Shown piece after piece: positions 1-8,534 of a stretch of 64,000 nt of DNA (position 1 is the stretch's first letter; every line of letters begins with the position of its first letter). The stretch is from an uncultured Actinomycetota bacterium (GTDB lineage: Bacteria; Actinomycetota; Actinomycetes; CAWDCV01), in NCBI GenBank assembly GCA_963728125.1, contig CAVSIZ010000017.1, positions 15,923 to 79,922 of the forward strand, given 5' to 3'. The translations under genes were made by a program, and so were the position numbers. The notes beneath the pieces are model-generated. The model saw nothing but the letters and a program-made list of their open reading frames with translations, searched no databases and was not told where the DNA came from.

Positions 1-265
1 GTTCGCCTGGTCATGGAGCGACCAGACTGAGTACCACTACCAACCGCGACGGCTACGCAGACCGCTGCACTTCCTCCCGAATGCGGCGATCGTCGGGTTT
101 GACCGACTGGTGCTCGCGCGGCTGTACGGCAACGAGCCGCCCCGCCTCGACCCCGAACTCGCAGCACGACTACGCGCCGTTTACCGCGACGACCTCGGTG
201 TTCTCGAGGAGCTGCTCGGACGCGACTTCAGCAACTGGCAAGCCGTCAGCGATAGCCGGGCGTGA
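1..265 (+). CDS. partial CDS, C-terminal fragment of a protein whose 5' end lies outside the window; hypothetical
   Basis: Open frame runs from the window edge to TGA at 263-265 (...LDPELAARLRAVYRDDLGVLEELLGRDFSNWQAVSDSRA). Amino-acid composition is plausible and it sits convergent with the next gene. No diagnostic motif recognised. Confidence 0.35.
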   Translation, partial: FAWSWSDQTEYHYQPRRLRRPLHFLPNAAIVGFDRLVLARLYGNEPPRLDPELAARLRAVYRDDLGVLEELLGRDFSNWQAVSDSRA

Positions 266-2363
266 CGTAGAGCGGCAACACGATGCGCTCGTCGCCCTGA
301 TCGTTCGTCAGCGTCACCAGGTCGTCGGCGTACAGGTTCGTCTGCCCCGAGGGGTAGGTGTCGCGCAGCACGTACCCCCACTCTCCGCCGTTGCGCAGCG
401 TCCCCGGAATGACCACGGAGAAGAAGGAATTCGTGACGTCGACCGGCGGACCCTGGGCGACGTCGTAGACCTCGCCGAGGTTGTCGATAGCGCCGCCGAT
501 GATCTCCGTCTTGCTGCCGTTGGTCAGGCTCGACGGACTCCACCGCGTCTCGATGTTGCTCGCCGCGAGCCACAGCGTGCCGCCGCTGTTCAGCCAGTCG
601 GTGCGCGCTCTGTCGACCGACCGACCCCACACGCTGATCGGTTGGGTGAGTGTGAGTTTGGCGTGTGCGCCCGCGTTCTCGATGAACAGGTCGCCGGTCG
701 CGTTCGGGCCGGTGGCGAACTCGCCCTCGGACGGGTTGAGGTTGCGGATCACTACAGCGTCCGGGCCGTTTTGCTCGAAGACGAGGTTGCTCGAGACGTT
801 CTCGATGATGACGGTGTCGCCGTCAGCATCCTCGACCGACATCTTCCCGTTCGGACCGCCGCTCTCCACCCGAGAGAACATGAAGTCGATCCGCTTCACC
901 GCCCCGCGCACGATCACTGGCGTACGAATCGTGTACGTCCCGTACGGGAAGTAGACCGTCTCCTTGCCCGAGTCGATGGCCTGCTGGATCGCGGGGCCAT
1001 CGTCGTCACCACCTGCTGCAGGAGCCGCGGGCTGCTCAGGAGCCGCCGACTGCCCGCGCCCCGGCGGCTGCCTGGCTCCCTGGCCGCCACCCCCGCGCTG
1101 CGGAGCGACAGCGGTGTCCGCGGTCGCACCGAAGTCGGTGACGTTGGCCCAGGTGGAGAAGTCAGCGTTGAAGAACTCCGGCGCTTGCTTCACCGGAAGG
1201 TTCAAGCCGACGTTGTCGTTGCCCTCGGTCCAGCTGCGCTGCTCGTTGCCGACGCGGTACTCGTGGCTGCTCCACTCGACCACCGAGTTCTTGCCGACGA
1301 ACAAGTCTTGCCCAGCCACGGTGACGACGTTGCCGAACTGCTCAGCCGTGATGTTGCGGGCGTAGACGAAGCCCTCTTGCTGCACATCGATCGCCGTCCC
1401 GGATCCTTGCCCGGACAGCGCCGAGTCGAAGATCATGACGGTTGCCGCGGCATCGGTGGTGGCGATGGCTGTCGGCACGTTCTGCGTCGTGAGTCCCTCG
1501 ACCACGATGTTCTTGGTCGCATTGGTGATGCCGGCAACGGTCTGGTTGCTGAGCACGATGTCCTGGAACATCAGATCGTTGACGATCTTGTCGTCGAGGT
1601 AGATGCCGCTCTCGAAGCCATCGATGCTGACGTGCTGCACGAGTGCCGGCCCCGGGCTGCTGGTGAAGAACAATCCATACTTGCCGCGTCGTTCGTCGTC
1701 ACCCGTCGTGATGCCCACGTGCTGCATCGCGCCGCTGTTGGCTACGTCGAAGCGGATACCGATGGCACCGGGGTTGTCGGCGCCGGTGTCGAGGGTGAAG
1801 TGCTGGTAGTAGTTGCTGAAGCCGGTGTTCGCACGATTCGCGTTGGGATTCTTGTCCACCGACGGGTCGCTCGAGGTGAGGTTGCCGCTCTGCAGCACGA
1901 TCTTGGGATCGCCGGGATTGTCGAAGCCCGCGGCTGAGTCGTCGAGGCGCAGGATCGTCTGGTCCTGGCCCGCGCCGACAAGTCGCACGCCGCAGTTGTC
2001 CGCCGCCACGCTGTCGGTGATGCGGTAGGTGCCCGCCGGCACGTACACCGTCTTGGGTGCCGATCGGAAGACCGCCGTCTCGCAATCGTTGTCCTGGATC
2101 GCGCGGTTCAGTGCTGCGGTGTCATCGGTGCTGCCGTCGCCCTTGGCGTTGTAGGGCTCGTCCTGGACGTTGACGATGTTGGCGTCGTCGGGAAACGCGA
2201 TCGTGCCGAGCTCCGACGTCGACGGCGGCAGGTTCGCGGAACGTCCCGCGGATGTTCCGCCCGGTGAGTCGTTGTCGCGGAGCAGGAAGAAGCTAGCGGC
2301 GCCGAGAACGAGCAGCCCGACCGCCGCAATGATGACGAGCGGGGAGCGCAGTAGGTCCTTCAC
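246..2363 (-). CDS. secreted or membrane-anchored right-handed beta-helix protein (pectate-lyase superfamily / GH55-like glycoside hydrolase)
   Basis: 705 aa ORF. N-terminal signal anchor (MKDLLRSPLVIIAAVGLLVLGAASFFLL). Motif NAKGDGSTDDTAALNRAIQ is typical of pectate-lyase-superfamily beta-helix enzymes. Two repeated beta-helix-like halves. Confidence 0.55.
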   Translation of the reverse strand: MKDLLRSPLVIIAAVGLLVLGAASFFLLRDNDSPGGTSAGRSANLPPSTSELGTIAFPDDANIVNVQDEPYNAKGDGSTDDTAALNRAIQDNDCETAVFRSAPKTVYVPAGTYRITDSVAADNCGVRLVGAGQDQTILRLDDSAAGFDNPGDPKIVLQSGNLTSSDPSVDKNPNANRANTGFSNYYQHFTLDTGADNPGAIGIRFDVANSGAMQHVGITTGDDERRGKYGLFFTSSPGPALVQHVSIDGFESGIYLDDKIVNDLMFQDIVLSNQTVAGITNATKNIVVEGLTTQNVPTAIATTDAAATVMIFDSALSGQGSGTAIDVQQEGFVYARNITAEQFGNVVTVAGQDLFVGKNSVVEWSSHEYRVGNEQRSWTEGNDNVGLNLPVKQAPEFFNADFSTWANVTDFGATADTAVAPQRGGGGQGARQPPGRGQSAAPEQPAAPAAGGDDDGPAIQQAIDSGKETVYFPYGTYTIRTPVIVRGAVKRIDFMFSRVESGGPNGKMSVEDADGDTVIIENVSSNLVFEQNGPDAVVIRNLNPSEGEFATGPNATGDLFIENAGAHAKLTLTQPISVWGRSVDRARTDWLNSGGTLWLAASNIETRWSPSSLTNGSKTEIIGGAIDNLGEVYDVAQGPPVDVTNSFFSVVIPGTLRNGGEWGYVLRDTYPSGQTNLYADDLVTLTNDQGDERIVLPLYVTPGYR

Positions 2364-2549
2364 ACTCTCCCCCGGCAGCTCATGGAACGGACCACGTCGG
2401 CGCGCACCGTCGTCAGCGACGAGCCTTCTGGCATGCTATGACACCGATGTTTCTGCGCGGCCGTTTCCTCCCGACGTGCCACGTGGTCTTACCAACTCCA
2501 TACATTCCGCGGGCACCCGCCAGAAAGTTGTCACTGGGCTTCTGGCAGC

Positions 2550-3641
2550 ATGTGCACCTCGGAAACGGCGCCCGGGGAGGGGCACGTGGGGGATCGTCTA
2601 CGCGCTGCGCAGACTTACGGGGACGAACTCGATCGATCGACGCCGACATTGGTGGCCGGAGCCGGTGGTTTCATCGGTGGTCATCTTGTCGGTTGGCTGA
2701 ACGCGAAGGGCTTCGAGCGAATTCGAGCGGTCGACGTCAAACCGCTCGAATATTGGTACCAGCGCCATCCCGGTGTAGAGAGTGCGCAACTCGACCTCTC
2801 CACCCTGGACGGTTGCCGCGCGGCTGCCCAAGACATGGGGTACGTGTTCAATCTGGCCGCCGACATGGGCGGGATGGGCTTCATCACTGCCGAACGCGCC
2901 CGGTGCATGCTCACGGTTCTGACAACCACTCATCTGCTGATGGCAGCGAATGATGTCGGCGCTGAACGGTATTTCTACGCCTCCTCCGCCTGCGTGTATC
3001 CGGATTACAAGCAGGACACGTCCAACGTCCAAGCATTGCGTGAAGAGGACGCGTATCCCGCCATGCCCGAGGACGGTTATGGCTGGGAGAAGCTGTTCGG
3101 TGAGCGGCTAGCCAGGCACTTCACCGAGGACTTCGGCCTGAATACCCGGGTCGCGCGCTATCACAACGTCTATGGTCCGTGGGGGACGTACGACGGGGGC
3201 CGCGAGAAGGCGCCGGCCGCAATCTGCCGCAAGGTGGCGCAGGCGGTCATCTCCGGTGTCCCCGAGATCGAGATCTGGGGTGATGGGGAGCAAACCCGCA
3301 GCTTCATGTACGTGGACGACTGCATCGAGGGCACCGTGCGGCTCTTCGCCTCCGATCACGCCACGCCGATCAATATCGGCAGCAGTGAGCTCGTCACCAT
3401 CAACGAGATGGTGTCGATCTGCGAGAGCTTCGCTGACGTGACGCTCAAGCGGACCTACGTGCTCGACGCTCCGCAAGGGGTTCGGGGTCGCAACAGCGAC
3501 AACACCACCATCTCCGCCACGCTCGGGTGGGAGCCGTCCACCTCGCTCGTCGAGGGGCTGGAGATCACCTACCGCTGGATCTACGACCAGCTGGTGTCCG
3601 GCAAGCCCAACCAGCGCGCACCTGCGCTCACATCTGTCTGA
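2550..3641 (+). CDS. NAD-dependent sugar-nucleotide epimerase, GDP-mannose 3,5-epimerase-like
   Basis: Rossmann motif VAGAGGFIGGHL. Signatures DMGGMGFI, YASSACVYP and GGREKAPAAICRK are characteristic of the GDP-mannose 3,5-epimerase family. Its stop overlaps the next start (TGATG at 3641). Confidence 0.75.
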   Translation: MCTSETAPGEGHVGDRLRAAQTYGDELDRSTPTLVAGAGGFIGGHLVGWLNAKGFERIRAVDVKPLEYWYQRHPGVESAQLDLSTLDGCRAAAQDMGYVFNLAADMGGMGFITAERARCMLTVLTTTHLLMAANDVGAERYFYASSACVYPDYKQDTSNVQALREEDAYPAMPEDGYGWEKLFGERLARHFTEDFGLNTRVARYHNVYGPWGTYDGGREKAPAAICRKVAQAVISGVPEIEIWGDGEQTRSFMYVDDCIEGTVRLFASDHATPINIGSSELVTINEMVSICESFADVTLKRTYVLDAPQGVRGRNSDNTTISATLGWEPSTSLVEGLEITYRWIYDQLVSGKPNQRAPALTSV

Positions 3642-4543
3642 TGGGGTTTCGGGCGCACGAGAACGGGGTCGTTCGGCCCGTCATCCTGCTCGGCGCACCT
3701 CGGTCGGGGACGTCGCTCCTCGCCGACATTCTCGGCAGCCACCCGGATGTGGCGCTGTTGCGTGAGCCGCGGCTGGTCTGGCGGTACGGCAACGACGGTC
3801 GCTCCGACCAACTCGGTCCGCAGCACGCCACCCCGAAGGTCGTTGAGCACATCCATCGCTGCTTCGCGGCGGTCCTCACGGAAGAGGGTGCGGATCGGAT
3901 CGTCGAGAAAACGCCGGCCAACTCGGTCCGTCCCCGGTTCGTGGAAGCGGTGTTCCCGGACGCCCGCTACGTCCACATCACGCGCAACGGCTGGGCGACC
4001 GTGCCGGCCATCCGATCGTTCTGGGAGCGGCGCGGCACCGGTCTCGACCGGCGACAGCTGCGCAAGGCGCGCCGACGGTTCTCCGAGGCGAGCCTGCGAC
4101 AGGTGCCTCACTACGCGCTGGAAGCCGCGCGACGGGTGACAAGGAGCCGACGTACCGCGCTGTACGGCCCGCGGCTAGCGGGGATGCAGGACGTGGTCGA
4201 CGAGCTGGGCCGCCTCGAAGCTGCGGCCCAGCAGTGGCGTACCTGCGTCGACCAGGTGACGGTGTTCGGACGCGATGTCGGACCGGGGCGCTACACGGAG
4301 ATCCAGCTCGAGACGCTCGACCTCAAGGTGCTCGAGTCGGTCCTCGACTTCTGCGACCTATCGCGCTCACCGCAGGTCCTCGACCGGTTCACCGAGCGGT
4401 ACCGGCTCGAGGAGGGGACCAGCCGGCAACCGCTCAGCGCCAGCGAAGAAGCAGTCATTGCGCCGTACGTCGAACCGGCCAATGCCTGGCTGGGGTACCC
4501 GGCCGCGAGCCCGTCCCGCCTCGATGACGGCGACCGGCGATGA
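3641..4543 (+). CDS. sulfotransferase family protein (PAPS-dependent)
   Basis: 5'-phosphosulfate-binding loop LLGAPRSGTSLLADIL and an EKTPANS region. Start MGFRAHEN overlaps the upstream stop. Confidence 0.7.
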   Translation: MGFRAHENGVVRPVILLGAPRSGTSLLADILGSHPDVALLREPRLVWRYGNDGRSDQLGPQHATPKVVEHIHRCFAAVLTEEGADRIVEKTPANSVRPRFVEAVFPDARYVHITRNGWATVPAIRSFWERRGTGLDRRQLRKARRRFSEASLRQVPHYALEAARRVTRSRRTALYGPRLAGMQDVVDELGRLEAAAQQWRTCVDQVTVFGRDVGPGRYTEIQLETLDLKVLESVLDFCDLSRSPQVLDRFTERYRLEEGTSRQPLSASEEAVIAPYVEPANAWLGYPAASPSRLDDGDRR

Positions 4544-5463
4544 CGCTCACCGTCGTGTACATCGTCGGCGCCCGAAATTGCGGGTCGACGATGCTGGACG
4601 CCCTGCTGGGCGCGGCACCCGGTGCGCGCAGCCTGGGCGAGGTCGGCGGATTCCAGCGGTACGAGCCGGATCGCCCGTGCGCGTGTCAACAGCCGCAGCC
4701 CTGCGCGGCGTGCACATCCGCCCTCGCCACGATCGAGACGAGGGGATCCTTCGCGGCATACCGGGAGCGCGCCAATGCTCCACTCAAGGAGCGCCGCTTC
4801 TTCTGGGCCCTGTGGCGCACCCCTGGCCGGCGAGCGTACGCACGAGACGCCGACAGCATCTTCGACGCGGTCGCCGCGACCACGGGCAGCCGCATCCTCA
4901 TCGATTCGTCGAAGAACATTTCCCGAGCAGCTGCCCTTGCCGGAGACAGTCGCCACGACATCCGCGTGCTGCATCTCGTCCGCGATGGCCGTGGGGTGCT
5001 GCGGTCGCGCCGTAAGCGCGCCGAAGTCGACGGTCGGCCTTATCGCGAGACTGCTTCGCTGGCCGAGTGGCTCGGGAAGAATCTGATGATCTCCTGGCTG
5101 CTCGCTCGCCGGCTGCCGGCCGACCGCTTCCTCCTCGCCCGCTACGAGGACCTGCTCGCCGATCCCGGGAAGGAGCTGACCAGGATCGGTGCGTTCGCCG
5201 ACCTGGACCTCGCTGCCGTTGTCGAGGCAGCGATGACGACCGGCGTCGAACGACTGCACCTCTTCGAGCCGATGCGCCGCACCGACTACCGGCTGGTCAC
5301 ACTCGACCCCACCCGGCTGGCCGGGCAGCGACAGAGCCCGCGCGAGAACCGCCGCTATTGGCGAGGCGGCGGCTTCCTGTCGGCTCGCTGGGGCTACGAC
5401 AGGGACCAGAGCTACCTCGACCAGCTGCCGACCGCTGTGTCGACAACGAGCTCGACCGGGTGA
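4540..5463 (+). CDS. sulfotransferase family protein (second, divergent paralog) with a Cys-rich insert
   Basis: P-loop-like VGARNCGSTMLDALLG and an LHLVRDGRGV region typical of Stf-type sulfotransferases. Insert CACQQPQPCAAC (CxCx5CxxC). Start ATG overlaps the upstream stop (ATGA at 4540). Confidence 0.65.
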   Translation: MTLTVVYIVGARNCGSTMLDALLGAAPGARSLGEVGGFQRYEPDRPCACQQPQPCAACTSALATIETRGSFAAYRERANAPLKERRFFWALWRTPGRRAYARDADSIFDAVAATTGSRILIDSSKNISRAAALAGDSRHDIRVLHLVRDGRGVLRSRRKRAEVDGRPYRETASLAEWLGKNLMISWLLARRLPADRFLLARYEDLLADPGKELTRIGAFADLDLAAVVEAAMTTGVERLHLFEPMRRTDYRLVTLDPTRLAGQRQSPRENRRYWRGGGFLSARWGYDRDQSYLDQLPTAVSTTSSTG

Positions 5464-5477
5464 CTCGGCGATCAGTC

Positions 5478-6610
5478 ATGCGCGTCGCCCTCGTCCACAA
5501 CTTTCACACGCGGGGCATCCCGAGCGGTGAGGACGTCGTGGTCCTGGCCGAGGCGGCAGCACTGCAGCGCGCCGGCGTCGACGTTCAGATCGTCGGGACC
5601 AGTAACGATGAGATGGCAAAGCAGCCGGCCGCGCCCCTGCGAGCAGCCTGGGCAGTCACCACCGGGATCGGCGTCTCACCTGAGTCTGACCTGCAGCGCT
5701 TCGACCCGGACGTGGTCCACATTCACGGGACGTTTCCGTACCTCGACCGACGCTGGCTGCGTCGGCTGAACGTGCCCATCGTGGTCACGTCGCACAACTA
5801 CCGGCCGATGTGCGCGAACGGCTACCTGTTCCGCGACGGCCACGTCTGCACGCGCTGCCTTGACGGGCAGCCCTGGTCGGGCGTGCGCTACGGCTGCTAC
5901 CGCGGCTCGCGGGTGGCTTCCGTGCCCCTCGCGGTTGGCTCGATGAGGGGAGCAGCCCGCGATCCGGTTTTGCGTGCCGCCGACCGGGTGCTGGCCCTGT
6001 CCGATCGAGCGAAGTCGGTGCTGGTGCGCGCTGGCGTCCCCGAGAATCGACTCGTGCTCGACCACCACTTCCTGCCCGACGACCTCGACGCGGGCGTCAG
6101 CCCCGCGCGCGATGACTCGTGGATCTTCGTCGGGAGGCTGAGCCCGGAAAAGGGCATCGACCGAGCTCATCGCGCAGTGGCCGGACGACGAGCCGCTCCG
6201 AGTGGTCGGCGACGGCGAACTCCGCGCACAACTCGAGCGGGATGCGGCAGCGAAACCGATCCGGTTCCTGGGAAACTTGCCTCGACACGACGTCATCGAC
6301 GCAGGTAAAGGGGTCGTTCGGGGTGATCTTCCCGAGCCGGTGGTACGAGACGTTCGGCCTCGTCTACATCGAGGGGCTGGCCTGTGGCGTGCCGACGGTC
6401 GCGTTCGACCCCAACGTCGTCGCCGATGCCGTCGCACGTGAGGGAACCGGACAGCTTGCTCACTGGGATGCCGTGGGTGATGCCCTGACAGCTGCTCGCG
6501 GTCGCTTCAATGATCTGCGCGCTCACTGCCGGCGCGTCTTCGAGGAGCGCTACACCGAGAAGGCGTTCGTCGAGCGACGACTCGCCCTGTATGCCGGGCT
6601 GATCGAATGA
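5478..6610 (+). pseudogene. GT4 family glycosyltransferase, interrupted by two frameshifts
   Basis: N-terminal part (MRVALVHNF...HNYRPMCANGY...SWIFVGRLSPEKGID) is in frame 0. The middle part (LIAQWPDDEPLRVVGDGELRAQLE...IRFLGNLPRHDV) is in frame +1 from about 6163. The C-terminal EX7E region (GSFGVIFPSRWYETFGLVYIEGLACGVPTV) is in frame +2 from about 6305. Confidence 0.7.
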
Positions 6611-7968
6611 CCATTCAGCTGAGTCCCCGATCGCCCGCAGCCCCGCCCGCCCGACCGGCGCGCGACTCGCGGCGGCTGCCGCTGCTCGCCTTGCTCGTCT
6701 TCCTTGCCGTCCTGCCGCTGGAGTGGATCACCTTCGCCGGCGTGCAGGAGGGATTCGTCAAGCCGTTCCACGTCGCGGCCCTCGTCTTGATCGTCGTGGC
6801 GCTGGCCCGCTGGCGGCCGCGGCGGCTGATCGGGCCCATCCTGAGCCGCTACTCAGTGGTGTACGTCGGGTACACCCTCGCCCTCGCGGCGACGTTCTTC
6901 GGCGGCCTCACCTACGCCGACCCCTACCTGTCGCGCGCTGAGACCTTCCGCAACGGCTTCTACCTGGTCACGTCGGTGGTGATCGCGGGCGTCGTCGTCG
7001 CGTTGATGGCCCGCCCGCCGCGGTCCGGGCTGGCCTGGGCCGGCGTGCTCACCCTGGGCACCCTGCTGTTCGCGCTGGTCACGGCCCTGGCAGCGCAGCG
7101 ACTCAACCCCTTCGCCATCATCGGCGACGCGTTGGTCCAGCAGGATCCTGACATCATCTCCCGCCAATTGCTGCGGACCGCGTTCCGCACCGATGCCGGG
7201 CTCGACGACGCTGCTCCGAACCTGCGCCACAAGGTGTTCGGCGGCCTTCTCGTTGCGGTATTCCTCGGGCTGGCCTGCCGGTCGCTGGTCGACCGACGCC
7301 GCACCGTGCTGCGCACCGTGCTGGCGATTGGTGGTGCAGTGGGCTGCCTGGTGGTCGTGCTCTCGCTCAGCCGCTCGATCACCGTATGCGTCGTCATCAC
7401 GCTAGCCCTGTTTCCGCTGCGCAGCCTGGTGATGAATCGCGTCCGGCCACTGCGGGCTGCCGTGGCCGCGATGATCGTCCTGGTGATTGGCGTGCTAGCC
7501 GTGTCGCCGGTGGGGCAGCTGGTCTTCGCCCGTTTCGGCGAGACAGGGTCGTACGAAGCGCGGCTGCAGGCGGCGGGGCCATCGTTCCTCGAAGAAGCCC
7601 TTCCTGCTGCAGTTGTCGGGACGACCAATACGGCGGTGGAGACGGCCCCGCACAACCAGATCCTGAACGCCTGGCTGGCGGGCGGTGTGATCGCCGCGAT
7701 TGCCGTCGGCCTCATGCTCTTCTTCCTGCTCCGGCTGTGGGTGCAGCTGGCGTTGCGTTACCTCACCGGCCGCCCGGGCTGGGTGCTCCCGGTGAGTCAG
7801 GCCTGGGTGCTCGGCGTCGGAATCATCCCGCTCGTGCGGTCAGTAACGTCCGGCAGCCTGTTTCACATGGTCGAGTGGACGGCCATCGGGATCTTCCTCG
7901 GCGTGCTCCTCGCCAACGAGCGGGCAGCGAGATCGCTCAATGCCGGGCCGGATGGAGGGAGTCGATGA
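6607..7968 (+). CDS. O-antigen ligase / Wzy-like polymerase family integral membrane protein
   Basis: About 10-12 predicted TM helices. Wzy_C-type motifs LSRSITVCVV and ETAPHNQILNAWLAGGVIA (HNxxL). Start overlaps the stop of the upstream GT4. Confidence 0.65.
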   Translation: MTIQLSPRSPAAPPARPARDSRRLPLLALLVFLAVLPLEWITFAGVQEGFVKPFHVAALVLIVVALARWRPRRLIGPILSRYSVVYVGYTLALAATFFGGLTYADPYLSRAETFRNGFYLVTSVVIAGVVVALMARPPRSGLAWAGVLTLGTLLFALVTALAAQRLNPFAIIGDALVQQDPDIISRQLLRTAFRTDAGLDDAAPNLRHKVFGGLLVAVFLGLACRSLVDRRRTVLRTVLAIGGAVGCLVVVLSLSRSITVCVVITLALFPLRSLVMNRVRPLRAAVAAMIVLVIGVLAVSPVGQLVFARFGETGSYEARLQAAGPSFLEEALPAAVVGTTNTAVETAPHNQILNAWLAGGVIAAIAVGLMLFFLLRLWVQLALRYLTGRPGWVLPVSQAWVLGVGIIPLVRSVTSGSLFHMVEWTAIGIFLGVLLANERAARSLNAGPDGGSR

Positions 7969-8534
7969 CGGAGTTGTCGTCGGCTTCGCCTGCAATCGGG
8001 GATCCGCGGAGCACGCCGTTCGAGGTCACGAGCGTGTCGCTGATGTCGTGGCGCGCGATCGCTGACCCTCCCGTGCTGTCGCTCGGCGATCACGAGATAC
8101 GCATCGACACAGGTGTCATGTCTGCCACCTTGGCCTACCGGCCCTGGCCCGGCCTGCCGCCGGCGCTGCCAACCGGCACGTGGAAGGGCGTCCTGCAGAG
8201 CCTCGACGCCGTGCCGGATCACAGGGAAGCCGGTGCCGGGCTGCTGCGCTTCGGCTTCCTCGGCGCACCGCTGCACACGGCGCTGCATCAGGTCGTGGAT
8301 ACGAGTGCGCTGGACATGTCGTACTGCTCGATTCACCGGCATCCCGACGAGGGCGAGTTCAACCTCATGCTGCCGGCCGAGAACGCGACGTTGGACTACG
8401 AGGTGTACGAGACCACCTGGACCACTGTCCGCGCGCCGACGCAGCTGTGGTTCTCGCGCGGTGTCGCCCACGGCGCGAGGGCGGTATCGGGAATCGGATT
8501 CTTCTTTGTCCTCCGATTGCCCGAGGATCCTTAG
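7965..8534 (+). CDS. hypothetical soluble protein
   Basis: 189 aa ORF starting MTELSSASPAIG, with ATGA overlap to the upstream stop. Composition is balanced rather than Arg/Ala/Pro-biased. No motif recognised. Confidence 0.4.
   Translation: MTELSSASPAIGDPRSTPFEVTSVSLMSWRAIADPPVLSLGDHEIRIDTGVMSATLAYRPWPGLPPALPTGTWKGVLQSLDAVPDHREAGAGLLRFGFLGAPLHTALHQVVDTSALDMSYCSIHRHPDEGEFNLMLPAENATLDYEVYETTWTTVRAPTQLWFSRGVAHGARAVSGIGFFFVLRLPEDP

Noticed and set aside
81-1937. 618-aa plus-strand ORF antisense to the beta-helix gene
   Set aside because: Arg/Ala/Val/Asp-rich, low-complexity translation with no motifs. It entirely overlaps a minus-strand gene that has a signal peptide and a family signature. Typical high-GC antisense artefact.
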